Origin: Verrucomicrobiota bacterium
GTDB taxonomy: Bacteria > Verrucomicrobiota > Kiritimatiellia > UBA8416 > JABMPJ01
DNA length: 64,000 bases
NCBI GenBank assembly: GCA_018648805.1
Contig: JABGQM010000013.1
Coordinates: forward strand, 20,067-84,066
Direction: 5' to 3'
Numbering within the stretch: the stretch's first letter is position 1; each line of letters starts with the position of its first letter. Made by a program: the position numbers and the translations under genes. This document shows, piece by piece, positions 46,233-56,524 of the stretch. Under the pieces are notes generated by a model. The model worked only from the letters and a program-made list of their open reading frames with translations. It had not been told where the DNA came from and made no database searches.

Positions 46233-46342
46233 GGCCTCGCGCTCCCCGCCAAGGCGGGGCAAGCGGCGAGTTCACCCCGCTCCGCGGGGCGCGGGCTACA
46301 AAGAATCCGCCTCCTGTAGCCCGCTCGCGCCGCGAGCGAGGC
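46233..46342. repeat. Long-variant REP-like element with nested palindrome CCCCGCCAAGGCGGGG
   Basis: ggcctcgcgctccccgccaaggcggggcaagcggcgagttcaccccgctccgcggggcgcgggctac - spacer - gtagcccgctcgcgccgcgagcgaggc. Confidence 0.85.
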
Positions 46343-46595
46343 AGGCTGAACCCGATCACTTCACCCGCAGGTGTACCAATCCCAGCGGCCATGGACGCCT
46401 ATCGGTCAGCGTTCTGGATCTCCCCATAATAGCGCCGACAATGACAGACCAGCCAGTGATAGATCGCGACATTGCGCCTGCAATTTTGCGACAGGGCAAG
46501 CCGTCAGACGCGGACGGAACAGTGTGTGCAGAGGGCTATCGATCTGCACGGACACGCTCAACATCTACCCGTCAACCGATCTCCGCTAACTCCAT

Positions 46596-49500
46596 TCACC
46601 CCCGACACAGGGCCGGGGGGATCTTAATACCGAATCCGGCAAGCGTGTAGTCGCCCTGCCCGTTGCCCCTGCGCTGACACGGATGCAGCGCGACGCCCAA
46701 GTTTCTGCGATGCGGTCCATATAGATTCTGGGCCGTATTGTGGAGGGTCAGCACGATCGTGTTCATGCCCTCAGCCAGGTGATCCGCCAGGCGGAAGCGG
46801 TACGGCGCCATGTAGCGACAGCCGACCTCGCGCCCGTTGACGGCGAAGGTCACGACCCCATCGACCTCCCCGCAATCGAGCCAGGCCGCGCCTTTGGCCC
46901 CATCGATCGTCGTTTCATAGCGCATCCCACCCCAATAGAACGGCCATCCCGATTCCACCAGATCGCCAAAGGCATAGCGCGGCGCGGTCAGCTGGGGGCG
47001 CATGCCGTCGTCGGTGGGCACCAAATCGACCCCGAAATCTCCCATCAGGTAGAACGGTTCAAACAGAACATCCCCGGCCAGACGCTGCATCGTGATCCGG
47101 TTCTCACCCGCCTGAATCAGCCCGACCACATCAACCACCACCAAGTCCTGGCTCGACGGATGCCGACCGGCTGCCGCCGGCAGGGGGATGCCATTGATGC
47201 GCATAGAGGAAAGGGTCACCGCCTCGCCGACGATGGCGGTGATCCTGTCAGGTCCGGAAACGTCAATGCGGACCACAAGCGTCTCCGGCTCACCCGCAAG
47301 TTGCTCGGTATGCGTCGCCTGCTCGCCATCCGGTCCTTCGCACCAATCGATCAGCATCAGGTTCGGCTGCTCGGCAGTGATGGTCCAGCGGGGGACGGCA
47401 AGGGCGGATTCCGTATGTCGGTGAGGGCTTCGCTCTCGGCGAGAGCGGGCCACATGGGGACCACTGTCGCCGGACGTGGGCTTTCCCGGCACATGCGCAC
47501 TGAACAGCGTCTCTTGCAGCGGCTTCACCACCACACCTTCCGGTAACTCCGGCAGTAGATGAACCGCATGGAATGGCGGCAATACCACCCCGACCGGGCT
47601 TGCCCCGAGCCCGCAACGCGCCACCCCCACCGGGCTTGCGTCCTGCCCGCACGCTCCCGCCCCCACCGGGCTTGCCCCGGTGGAGCGAAAGATCCCCACA
47701 TCCCCCGCCGGATCATACACATGCCACTCCCCACCCCACCCCACACGTTGCGGGCGGTCGGACATGTTGCAGATATAATGTTCCTTGCGTCCGCCAACCA
47801 CGCGCGTGTGACTGATAACGGGCGCGCCCGCCTCTTCTAGCTGCAGCTCAATCGTCGGTGTGAGGCCACACTCGCGCAGCGCCATGGGGGTGGCGATGGC
47901 CTCCGGAGAGAGCCTCGCTCCCGGCGAGAGCGGGCTACATAGAGACAACTCGCCGGCAGCACGAACATCCCCGAATACCGCCTGCGGCGGGACCACGCCA
48001 TCCACCCGACAGTCCCGCGCGGGATTGAGCGCGATGATCCTTCCGCCCGCAGCCTGGAACGCCTCGAGCAGCGCCACCGTGGTTTCAAGCAGGTTGCAGG
48101 TCTCGGGAATGATCACCGTGGTATAGCGCATGGCCCCCATCTGCAGTCCAGCGTCCTTCACGGCGCCGTGTTTGGCCAGCAGCCACTCATCGCCATACTC
48201 GAATCCTACCTGCAATTTAAGCAGCTCATGGGAGACGGCGGCCAACGACTCCTCCAACGCCCGCGGATCCGGCAGCGTCTCCTCGGTGCCGGTCTCGAAG
48301 GGATGGCCGATGCTGCAGCTGCGCCCATCCATCGCAGTCCAGCAGGCGGACATCGGGTGGATCACAAGGGCGCTCGCGTCATAGGTTCCGCGCGTGAGCA
48401 GCTGCGTACTGCGGGCGATGGCATCGTGAAACCGCTTGTACTGAGGCCAATAGGGTTGCTGGAAAAAGTAGCTCGGCGGGCAGTCCCGCTTGGCCACCCC
48501 GCCCGTGGCGTAGCTGAAGGCGTGATGGACCATCAGGTTGACCCCCAGGGCGAGCTCGTAGTTCAGGAAGGCCGACTGCCCCCACATCGACGCACCCCAC
48601 CCCAGAAAGGTGAGCACCTCGCAACTGCAGGCACCGTCCTTCAACTGGTTGGCCACCGACGAGGCCTGCTTGAAAAGGATCACCGGACAGTGCCCCTGCC
48701 CGTTGCGCAGTTGGTCGAGGTAACACCCGCTGGAAACAGAACAAAGGAAGTCGTCGATGCCGGGGATATGCTCGTGCTCGTAGAAAGCCATCGCCGAGCC
48801 GAAGCGCTGGACCGACTTTGTGATGTCTCCCTCATCCCCACTCAGATGACCGGTAAAGCGGACCCCATGCTCGTCGCACCAGCGGTACATGGGATCGACG
48901 AACTCATTGAGAAAGAGATCGAGCACCAGCCCCCGGTAATCGAGCCGGACCTCTTCACGGCCGGGCAGCGCCTCGATAAGCGCCGGGAGATGATCCAGCA
49001 GACTGTAGCCCAGTCGTGCTTCGAAGATTTGTGGCAGCCGTTCGGTCCACGGCAGACTGGCTTCACGATCCAGGTAACTGTTCAGATCATCCGTGTAGAG
49101 ATGGGTGATGGGGTTGCCGAAGAACTCCTTGAGCTCGCGAAAGTAGACCTCGTGGGTCATCGCGATAAAGCGATCCGCCGTTTCCCGCTTGAGCGTGTCG
49201 ACGTAGCGTGGCAGGCGCGTCATCCAGAACGCGAGCACCTCCTGGTCCGGCGCAACATGCTCCACACTGAGTCGCTCAAATCCGACGGCATCATACACCG
49301 CCACCAGGTCCTGTATCCTGTCGAGTTCCGCGACCCGCTGATAGCCATAGCAGAGCAGTTTCTGCTGGTAGAACGGATCGTCCTTCTGCAGGCGATGCCC
49401 GACCGTGCCGCTGGGGAACCCCTCTTCGTCGTAGAGCCAGATCTCCAGTCCCAGCCGGCGGGCCTCCTCGCAGGTATGGCGCATCAGCGCAAGCCAGCGC

Positions 49501-49712
49501 GTCGACATGTAGTCGGTCTGGTTGCCCTCCCGCGCGTGCACGGTCATGCCTCTCAGACCCCCTGCCGCCGCCAGTTCAAGCTGACGGGAGATCTCCTCCT
49601 CCCGCTGATCCCCGTTCCAGAACCAGAACGGAACGGCGCCATTCGCGCGTGTATTGAATTCAATCATCGGTAGCGGTGCCGCTCTCCTCTTGTCCTCCGC
49701 GATCGTCTTCAT
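46596..49712 (-). CDS. Putative glycoside hydrolase (uncharacterised family; N-terminal TIM-barrel-like region with FWFWNG block, C-terminal beta-sandwich) containing REP-derived in-frame segments
   Basis: Start MKTIAEDKRRAAPLPMIEFNTRANGAVPFWFWNGDQ, preceded by an AAGGA RBS. A continuous 1038-aa frame reads through two REP half-sites and a 30-bp tandem repeat. Family assignment is tentative. Confidence 0.45.
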   Translation of the reverse strand: MKTIAEDKRRAAPLPMIEFNTRANGAVPFWFWNGDQREEEISRQLELAAAGGLRGMTVHAREGNQTDYMSTRWLALMRHTCEEARRLGLEIWLYDEEGFPSGTVGHRLQKDDPFYQQKLLCYGYQRVAELDRIQDLVAVYDAVGFERLSVEHVAPDQEVLAFWMTRLPRYVDTLKRETADRFIAMTHEVYFRELKEFFGNPITHLYTDDLNSYLDREASLPWTERLPQIFEARLGYSLLDHLPALIEALPGREEVRLDYRGLVLDLFLNEFVDPMYRWCDEHGVRFTGHLSGDEGDITKSVQRFGSAMAFYEHEHIPGIDDFLCSVSSGCYLDQLRNGQGHCPVILFKQASSVANQLKDGACSCEVLTFLGWGASMWGQSAFLNYELALGVNLMVHHAFSYATGGVAKRDCPPSYFFQQPYWPQYKRFHDAIARSTQLLTRGTYDASALVIHPMSACWTAMDGRSCSIGHPFETGTEETLPDPRALEESLAAVSHELLKLQVGFEYGDEWLLAKHGAVKDAGLQMGAMRYTTVIIPETCNLLETTVALLEAFQAAGGRIIALNPARDCRVDGVVPPQAVFGDVRAAGELSLCSPLSPGARLSPEAIATPMALRECGLTPTIELQLEEAGAPVISHTRVVGGRKEHYICNMSDRPQRVGWGGEWHVYDPAGDVGIFRSTGASPVGAGACGQDASPVGVARCGLGASPVGVVLPPFHAVHLLPELPEGVVVKPLQETLFSAHVPGKPTSGDSGPHVARSRRERSPHRHTESALAVPRWTITAEQPNLMLIDWCEGPDGEQATHTEQLAGEPETLVVRIDVSGPDRITAIVGEAVTLSSMRINGIPLPAAAGRHPSSQDLVVVDVVGLIQAGENRITMQRLAGDVLFEPFYLMGDFGVDLVPTDDGMRPQLTAPRYAFGDLVESGWPFYWGGMRYETTIDGAKGAAWLDCGEVDGVVTFAVNGREVGCRYMAPYRFRLADHLAEGMNTIVLTLHNTAQNLYGPHRRNLGVALHPCQRRGNGQGDYTLAGFGIKIPPALCRG
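47424..47456. repeat. REP half-site (left-arm-like) inside ORF 46596..49712
   Basis: gggcttcgctctcggcgagagcgggccacatg, read in-frame as ...HVARSRRERSPHR... Confidence 0.7.
47588..47680. repeat. ~30-bp tandem repeat x3 (core CCCCACCGGGCTTGC) inside ORF 46596..49712
   Basis: ccccgaccgggcttgcccc... / cccccaccgggcttgcgtcc... / cccccaccgggcttgcccc, encoding ASPVGAGACGQDASPVGVARCGLGASPVGV. Confidence 0.7.
47911..47940. repeat. REP half-site inside ORF 46596..49712
   Basis: agcctcgctcccggcgagagcgggctacat, read in-frame as ...SLCSPLSPGARLS... Confidence 0.7.
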
Positions 49713-49733
49713 GTCCTTCGCGCTCGTCCTTGT

Positions 49734-49761
49734 GTAGCCCGCTCTCGCCGAGAGCGAGGCC
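49734..49761. repeat. Truncated REP element (right arm) immediately upstream of the 46596..49712 start and RBS
   Basis: gtagcccgctctcgccgagagcgaggcc, preceded by a degenerate left arm ccttcgcgctcg. It ends about 20 nt before the ATG. Confidence 0.8.
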
Positions 49762-49812
49762 GACCGGTCCGGTGGAGGCAAACGCTGCGTGTTCGATGTT
49801 CGAAAGAAGGGG

Positions 49813-51573
49813 CTACTTGGCTCCGGTGATTTGCAGGACACGCCGGGGGAGCGAGAGTATCAGTGCGGCATTGGCGCTGGCCATGGTGTGGGGGCCGTAG
49901 TTCTTATTGGCACCCGTCGGCCGGTCGCGGTTGGGGCAATTCAGATAGCTGCCGTCGTGGGTCTGCTGCATGATAAACCACCACTTGACGCCGTCCATGA
50001 AGGTTCTGAATTTCGCCTCTTCGGCACGCGATGCGCCTAGCCCGACCCACAGATGATGCATGCCGGCGGCCGCGTGTCCGTCAAACCAGGTGCCATAGCC
50101 CAGCGCGCAGCTGTTGCCACAGTGCCGGCCCAGGTGCTGCCATGAGGTGTCATTGTTCCCGATCGAATGCGCCAGTGCGCCTAGCCCGACGGGTGCCTGG
50201 GCGTGCCCTCTGGTCGTCTTGTAGGGCGCGGTGGGTTCGGGGAGCGTCAACGCGCGCACCACGATTCTGGAGGCCGGCTGATTCTTGAAGCCCATATAGA
50301 CCTCATTGGAGTCTTTCTCGTTCGCAACCCATGCAGTGTCATTGCCCGCCGGACCGAGGTGGATCTTGCGATTCTCTTTCGGCGTCGGCCAGCCAATGGT
50401 GTAATTGCCGATATTCTTCATCCCGGTCGGGACCCTGAACCCCGGGCCCTCATCGCTCCTGGCCCGCGTCGGATCTTTCAGTGTGATGGCCGCATGATCC
50501 GGCGATGCCGGGAAGCAATAGGTGATACCGACCACATCCGGGGTTGCGGAACGAAGGTACGACTGGTGCAAGCTCTCGTGGGTGCGCACCGCATAGTCGA
50601 CACCAGCGCCCTTGAACACGCTCATCGCCAGCATAGACAGCCCCGCGGGAGCGGCCATCGCGCCATAGCCTTTGGAGTTTACCGTCCACATCGCCGGTGT
50701 CGGTCTGTGCGAGTAGGCCCCGCGTCCGTAATTCATGGCGTCTTCATAGAACTGAGCCAGCTTCTTCATGGCCGGCAGGACGCTCGCGTCCCCGGTCAGC
50801 TTATAGTATTCACCCAGAATAATGCCGCTATAGGCGTTGGCCCAGCTGGACTTGCCGTCTCGGCGCGCGTCGGGATTGCCCGCAACCAGTTTGGCGATGT
50901 ATGGCTTGATGATCGGATCGTACTTCTTGTCGCCGCTGGCCATTAGCGCCAGGATCATGTGCGAGGGTGTGTAGCCGCCCTTGCTCGCATCCTTGCGGTT
51001 GAAATCACTGGCCAGGTAGTCGTAGAGGTCGCTTACCAGCTTCTCCGAACGCTTGCAGTTGTACGGGAAGGTCGGCGAAAACCGGCCCACCGCTTCAATC
51101 TGAACCGTGACCGTCTTCTGTGCGTCCTGCTTGCCGCCGGGCCAGATGATCAGCTCAAGCTTGCCGTCCTTGCCCTGGCTATCCTCGATCAGCTTGGCCA
51201 TATCCACCAGCGGGCCATCCCAGCTTTTGGAGCTCTTCGCAAAGCTGTGCGGCCGGGTCAGCATGGTGCCATTGGCCCCGACAATGACATCGTTGATAGT
51301 GACCTTGCCAGTTGCCGGGGAGTCCTTGAACACATAGCGCACCGTGAAGTAGTGGGGCTGTTCGGTGGTGATCTGGGCGCGGATACCGGTCGGTCCCACC
51401 GGCAGGTACCAGGACGTCCCGATCGCGTCGAACATCTCCTTCTCCTGCCAGGTAGTGCGGCCCTTCTTCCAGGGGTAGTCGCCCCGCTGCCGCAGTGCCA
51501 GCGCATCGCGGCACGTCAAACCCGCCACCAGCATCACCATCACCACTCCGAGACTCGCCTTGGCTCGTTTCAT
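49813..51573 (-). CDS. Secreted PDZ-like / alpha-alpha-toroid-like protein (paralog 3 of 3, shortest form)
   Basis: Start MKRAKASLGVVMVMLVAGL (signal peptide). Blocks shared with the other two paralogs: FPYNCKRSEKLV, GEYYKLTGDASVLP. 586 aa. Confidence 0.55.
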   Translation of the reverse strand: MKRAKASLGVVMVMLVAGLTCRDALALRQRGDYPWKKGRTTWQEKEMFDAIGTSWYLPVGPTGIRAQITTEQPHYFTVRYVFKDSPATGKVTINDVIVGANGTMLTRPHSFAKSSKSWDGPLVDMAKLIEDSQGKDGKLELIIWPGGKQDAQKTVTVQIEAVGRFSPTFPYNCKRSEKLVSDLYDYLASDFNRKDASKGGYTPSHMILALMASGDKKYDPIIKPYIAKLVAGNPDARRDGKSSWANAYSGIILGEYYKLTGDASVLPAMKKLAQFYEDAMNYGRGAYSHRPTPAMWTVNSKGYGAMAAPAGLSMLAMSVFKGAGVDYAVRTHESLHQSYLRSATPDVVGITYCFPASPDHAAITLKDPTRARSDEGPGFRVPTGMKNIGNYTIGWPTPKENRKIHLGPAGNDTAWVANEKDSNEVYMGFKNQPASRIVVRALTLPEPTAPYKTTRGHAQAPVGLGALAHSIGNNDTSWQHLGRHCGNSCALGYGTWFDGHAAAGMHHLWVGLGASRAEEAKFRTFMDGVKWWFIMQQTHDGSYLNCPNRDRPTGANKNYGPHTMASANAALILSLPRRVLQITGAK

Positions 51574-51646
51574 CGTCTTTTTCTCTTTCTTGTTGCAATA
51601 GGGTACCGGGAAGCACTCAGCGCACGCCACACTACTCAATTCCGGC

Positions 51647-52780
51647 TCACATAGCCTCTACAATATCGATGATTGTCTCGTAATTCTTCATCGTCAAAGG
51701 GGCAAGCTCCCTGCCGTAGGGACAGGCGGAGGGCATCAGAATAAAGCCACGCCCCTCCCCCGCCGTGCCTTCGTCGAGGGCGCGCTTCACCTTCTCGGCA
51801 AACAGGTCCGTGGGCAGGTTCTCGATGTCGGCAATTTCAAGATTCCCGAACAATACCAGTTCCTTTCCGTAGCGCGCACGTACATCGCACAGTTCCATGT
51901 CGCCCTGCGGTGGTGGCTCGATAGGATCGAGCCCATCGGCTCCGGTCGATACGATATCAGGCAGGATCGCCTGCAGATTGCCGTGCGAATGGATGCGGGC
52001 ATAGCCACCGTAGCGGTGAATCGCCTCGATCATCGGGGTGACGTAGCGGCAGACATACTCCCGAAAAAGATGCGGCGGCAGATACGGGGGCGAGGCATAC
52101 TCCGGGCCGTAAATGCGCCACAGACGCCCGGGCAGCGCTTTGGCGACTGCTTCGGTCTTGGGCAGCAGCGTCGCCGCGAAGCGCTCCAATAGCTCGCGGA
52201 ACAGGGTCGGCTCCGTCATGGCGATGATGGTGTATTCCGCCATATCGAACAGGCCGGCGGCTAGACAGAGCGGGTCGGGCGTATCGATCATCACAATCCC
52301 CGTCTCGCCCAGCGCCTCCTCGGCGCGCAACACCCTCGAGGGATCAACCTGACCCTCCATCGGCGCCGGCGGCACCGCAAGCAGCGCATGCAGATCACCG
52401 ATGTCCTTGAGCAGGTGTTCTTCGGTCCAGACCGTGTTGACATCCTGGTCGCGCCGGGTGCGCGTCGTGAGCGTCCGCCCCCCCGCCCGCACGCGGCGGG
52501 TCGTGATGCGGCTGCCATCGCGAGTGACGGTCTCGGTCGCGGAGAGTTCCTCAATGGGATCCGGCGTCATCGATGCGTAAGCCACCCCACGCATGACGAT
52601 CCGGTCGGTTCTCTCGCGGGTCAGTTCGATCAGCGGCTGCCACGATGGGTGTGAGTAGATGTTGTACGGATCCACATCCGCCGGACGCTCATCCAGGCCG
52701 TTCAGCTCGTAGAACGAGACGGGCGGACGATCAACCGTCTCGCCACGCAACGAAGCCATCACTCTTTCACGTCGGGTCAT
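51647..52780 (-). CDS. Uroporphyrinogen-decarboxylase (URO-D) family protein (MtaA/CmuA-like methyltransferase fold)
   Basis: N-terminus MTRRERVMASLRGETVDRPPVS is typical of the URO-D/MT2 family. 377 aa. Confidence 0.55.
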   Translation of the reverse strand: MTRRERVMASLRGETVDRPPVSFYELNGLDERPADVDPYNIYSHPSWQPLIELTRERTDRIVMRGVAYASMTPDPIEELSATETVTRDGSRITTRRVRAGGRTLTTRTRRDQDVNTVWTEEHLLKDIGDLHALLAVPPAPMEGQVDPSRVLRAEEALGETGIVMIDTPDPLCLAAGLFDMAEYTIIAMTEPTLFRELLERFAATLLPKTEAVAKALPGRLWRIYGPEYASPPYLPPHLFREYVCRYVTPMIEAIHRYGGYARIHSHGNLQAILPDIVSTGADGLDPIEPPPQGDMELCDVRARYGKELVLFGNLEIADIENLPTDLFAEKVKRALDEGTAGEGRGFILMPSACPYGRELAPLTMKNYETIIDIVEAM

Positions 52781-52849
52781 GGAGTTCCTTCTCTACGTCA
52801 CCTGATAGGGCCTGACACGCGAATGCCGTCTCAGACTTCAGCGGGGAGT

Positions 52850-54199
52850 TCACCGGCCGAGCGGCGCCGGCAGTGCACCCATCGCCTTCCACTCCTTGAC
52901 CTCCGCCGCACTCCGGCGCATGCGCGGCCACGTTTCGTCGCTTGCGGCCCGTAGTAGAATGCGGGCTGAGAATGCCGCTGAGTCACGCAGGTCTGTCAGC
53001 GAGACCTTCTCGGGCGTGTCCGCGGCCATGTGGTAGTAGTGCTGGATCGGTGCGGAAAATCGTCCCCCGCCAACACCGGCGGTCGGAACCCCCTGCAGAA
53101 TGAAGGGATAGTGATCCGAATGGCAGTGAGCCCGATTCTGGCAGACAATCTCTGTATCCATCTGCTTGCCAAGTCTCTCCAGATAAGGCGCTCCCTTGGG
53201 GCACTTGTGGAAGCCCAGCCCCCGGGGGCGTCCCAGCGAAGGGGTATCGGAATTGAGCATGAAGCGCGCCTTGCGCATCTCGGCGGCATGGGCCTTCGCA
53301 TGATAGTGCGAGCCCAGCAGGCCGATCTCCTCGCCCGCAAACCCGATGAAGCGAACGGTGCGCTTGAGGTGCTTGCGCTGACGCGCCAACAGTCGGGCGA
53401 CCTCCATCACCTGCACGGCCCCTGCCCCATTGTCAAACGCTCCCGGGCCAATCTCGTGGGAGTCGAGATGCCCCCCCATGATCACCAGTTCATCCGGATG
53501 CTCGGTTCCGCGCAGGTCACCCACCACGTTCCAGGTGGTACTCTCCTCCAGGACGGCATGCTCCGCCAGGGTCAGGCGCACCGTGCCGTCCTTGAGTTGA
53601 CGCTGAAGCTGAAGCGCACTTTCGTGACCGATGCTGACCGCCGGGATGGTTCCGTCGTGGCCACTCGATACACTTCCCGTCCCCAGCAGCATGCCCTCCA
53701 TGGACATGCTGAAGATGAACCCGGCCGCCCCCAGGGCGGCACAGTGTGCATAGGTCTCGGTGCGATGCACACCGGTACAGGTTGACATCACAAAGCGCCC
53801 CTTGATCCGCTTGCGCTGGGCCTCAATGTCGGCACGCGACCCCGGCCCGAGATCCAGCAGTACCGCCGTGACTCCCGCGGGTGGGGTCGCCGCACTGTAG
53901 GGCAGTGCATAACAGGCAATCTCACGCACATGGGGATCCTGCATCACCAGCGTGGCGGGTGCCCCCCTGCGCCAGGCCGTGAAGGCAAAGGGCTCAAGAT
54001 GCGCATCGTCCAACTTGTACGCCTTGAACTGGTCCAGCATGTACTCCGCCGCGCGGCGGTAGCCATCGGTGCCGGCAAAGCGGGGGCCAATGCCATCACA
54101 CAGCGCGAACAGGTTCCTCCCGGATGCATTCGAGGTGCCGGAGTCGGCCAGAATGCGCCTGTCGATTGCCAGAAATGGGTTCTTCGTTTGCATATGCAT
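52850..54199 (-). CDS. M28-family zinc aminopeptidase
   Basis: Metal-ligand blocks IMGGHLDSHEIG, DNGAGAVQVMEVARLL, FAGEEIGLLGSHYH. Confidence 0.8.
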   Translation of the reverse strand: MHMQTKNPFLAIDRRILADSGTSNASGRNLFALCDGIGPRFAGTDGYRRAAEYMLDQFKAYKLDDAHLEPFAFTAWRRGAPATLVMQDPHVREIACYALPYSAATPPAGVTAVLLDLGPGSRADIEAQRKRIKGRFVMSTCTGVHRTETYAHCAALGAAGFIFSMSMEGMLLGTGSVSSGHDGTIPAVSIGHESALQLQRQLKDGTVRLTLAEHAVLEESTTWNVVGDLRGTEHPDELVIMGGHLDSHEIGPGAFDNGAGAVQVMEVARLLARQRKHLKRTVRFIGFAGEEIGLLGSHYHAKAHAAEMRKARFMLNSDTPSLGRPRGLGFHKCPKGAPYLERLGKQMDTEIVCQNRAHCHSDHYPFILQGVPTAGVGGGRFSAPIQHYYHMAADTPEKVSLTDLRDSAAFSARILLRAASDETWPRMRRSAAEVKEWKAMGALPAPLGR

Positions 54200-54208
54200 A
54201 TCCTTGGA

Positions 54209-56524
54209 TTAGTGTAGGGCAGATAAGTCACTGCTCAGCAGCGTTTTTCCCTGTTCGATGCGATAGGTTGTCGACGCGTCGCCGTAGCGGACGACGCAGT
54301 GGTCATCCGGGCTTGAGATATTCCGAATCTCCGCCCGCTCCAACGTGCCGTCCCGCCATTCCATATCCACCTCGAATCCGCCGCGGGTGCGCAGACCTCT
54401 GACGTGTCCCGTCGGCCATTGTCGCGGTAGGGCCGGCAGGAGGTGGATCACGTATGCGTGCGGGTCCGCCTGCAGATGCGACTGCACCAGCAGTTCATTC
54501 ACCCCGGCCGCATAGCCGAAGTTGGCGTCAATCTGGTAGGGCGGATGAACCGCCCATAGATTGCCAAAGATATGGGTGCCCAGTGTTTCGGCCAACTGAC
54601 CATAGGCCGACTCGCCATCCAGCAGGCGTGCAAATAGGCACGCCTTCCACACCCGACTCCAGGCCGGATGGCCCTGACCGTGATCGCGTCTTGCCACGAG
54701 GCCGACCTTAGCCGCTTCGGCCAACTCGGGGGTGATGCCGGGATGGATCTGCCGACCGGGATAGACGCCGATCAGGTGGTTGATATGGCGGTGATCATCC
54801 TCAGGGTCGTCACGGTCATCCATCCACTCCTGGAGCTGCCCCCAGCGCCCGATCTTCGGCCCCAGCAGCCTGGCGCGCTTGGCGCTCAGCTCCTCGCGGA
54901 GATCACCATCAACGCCCAGGATCTCACTGGCCTCGATCGTATTGGTGAACAGGTCCCAGCAAAGCGATTGGTCGTAGGTAACCCCGTCAACCCCAACGGG
55001 GCCATGTTCGGGTGAGCGTCCGTCGGGCGCCACCAACGTGCCCTCCGCCTCTCCTGAGCCTGCCTGCGGTGAGCCTGTCGAATCTGCCGAACGGGGCAAT
55101 TCCTTAAGATGGTCGATCCAGAACTCGCTGATCTCCTTCATCACGGGATAGGCGTAGCGCTCCAGGTACGCCTTGTCCTGCGTGAAGCTGTAGTGGTCCC
55201 ATAGGTTCTGACAGAGCCAGGCAGAGTCGCCCTTCTGGAAGTGCCAGGTGGACCCGCCGAAGATGCCGTTCTCCGAGCGCATGAGCCAGCCGCGCTTCAC
55301 GCCCAACACCTTGCGCGTCTCCTCCTTGCGGACCTCACGTATCGAATCCACCCATTCCGCCAGGGGCCGGAAGCAGTCGCACAGATTCGAGGCGGAGGTG
55401 AACCAGTAGTTCATCTGCACGTTGATATCGGTATGGAAATCGCAGCGCCAGGCGGGATGCCTGTTGAGCAGCCAGATGCCCTGGAGATTCGCAGGCAGAC
55501 CGCCATGACCCGGCCGTGAACTGCTGATCATGAGGTAGCGGGCAAACTGGTAGAGAAGCCCTTCCAGATCCCGATCAGGAATGACACCGCCCTGCGCCAC
55601 AGCCGCACGGTAGGCCTCGATCCGCTCAGGAGTGGAGCACGCGCTCACCGCAGGCGGCGTCTCTCCGAGGTCGATGGACATCCGGTTGTAGAGTCCCTGA
55701 TAGTCGGCCAGGTGCTCGTCGAGAAGTTCGGAATATGTGCAGCTCTCGGCCGCTTCGATGCGCGCACAGATCCCCTCATGCGGATGCACGCCGCGCCAGC
55801 CCTTGTTTCGATCTGCGAGGTAGTTTGTATCCGCGGCGAGCAGCAGCGTGAGACTGTCGCAGTTCTCGAAGACCACGCTGTCCCCGACCGCCCTAACCGT
55901 GCCGCCATCATGTAGCACCCGGACCCGGGCTTCGAAATCCAGATCAATGTTCTTCGGCGACGTGTACTCCCGGCCGGCGATGAGACGTTCAGGCTGTTCA
56001 TGATGCAGACGCCAAAACCAGAAGTTGCTCGTGTCGCCTTGCATAACCAGCGAGTCGTTCTCTGCCGTGACGGGGATCTCATGCAGGTTGCCCATACAGA
56101 TCGTGCCCGAAAGCGATGCCGCCTGATCGGCCGAGAATCGAAGTACCGCAAGCTGTCGCGGATAGCTGGCAAAGTACTCGCGCGTGTAGCGCACACCGCT
56201 GGAGCGGTACGTGATGGTCTGTACCGCGCGGCTGATATCCAGTTCGCGCCGGTAATCGTAGTCGTCGTCGTGCCCCAGTGCGACGTAGATATCTCCAAAT
56301 GGCTGGTACCCGCCGGTGCTGTCCTCGTTGCCAACCCAGAGCGAGTCGTGATTGAACTGGATGCGCTCGCGCGTCGGCTCACCGAAGGCGGTGCATCCCA
56401 GACGACCGTTACCAATAGGATAGACCGCCTGCTCCCAGGCCGCCTGTTCCCTGGCGGGCCGCGGCGGGTCGCTGGAATCCATGCTCAGCGGTTTATCTGT
56501 CCACAAGATGGGGTTCATTTGCAT
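54209..56524 (-). CDS. GH95 alpha-L-fucosidase (second copy)
   Basis: N-terminal GH95 signature YPIGNGRLGCTAFGEPTRERIQFNHDSLWVG. Collinear with 8619..10910. Confidence 0.8.
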   Translation of the reverse strand: MQMNPILWTDKPLSMDSSDPPRPAREQAAWEQAVYPIGNGRLGCTAFGEPTRERIQFNHDSLWVGNEDSTGGYQPFGDIYVALGHDDDYDYRRELDISRAVQTITYRSSGVRYTREYFASYPRQLAVLRFSADQAASLSGTICMGNLHEIPVTAENDSLVMQGDTSNFWFWRLHHEQPERLIAGREYTSPKNIDLDFEARVRVLHDGGTVRAVGDSVVFENCDSLTLLLAADTNYLADRNKGWRGVHPHEGICARIEAAESCTYSELLDEHLADYQGLYNRMSIDLGETPPAVSACSTPERIEAYRAAVAQGGVIPDRDLEGLLYQFARYLMISSSRPGHGGLPANLQGIWLLNRHPAWRCDFHTDINVQMNYWFTSASNLCDCFRPLAEWVDSIREVRKEETRKVLGVKRGWLMRSENGIFGGSTWHFQKGDSAWLCQNLWDHYSFTQDKAYLERYAYPVMKEISEFWIDHLKELPRSADSTGSPQAGSGEAEGTLVAPDGRSPEHGPVGVDGVTYDQSLCWDLFTNTIEASEILGVDGDLREELSAKRARLLGPKIGRWGQLQEWMDDRDDPEDDHRHINHLIGVYPGRQIHPGITPELAEAAKVGLVARRDHGQGHPAWSRVWKACLFARLLDGESAYGQLAETLGTHIFGNLWAVHPPYQIDANFGYAAGVNELLVQSHLQADPHAYVIHLLPALPRQWPTGHVRGLRTRGGFEVDMEWRDGTLERAEIRNISSPDDHCVVRYGDASTTYRIEQGKTLLSSDLSALH

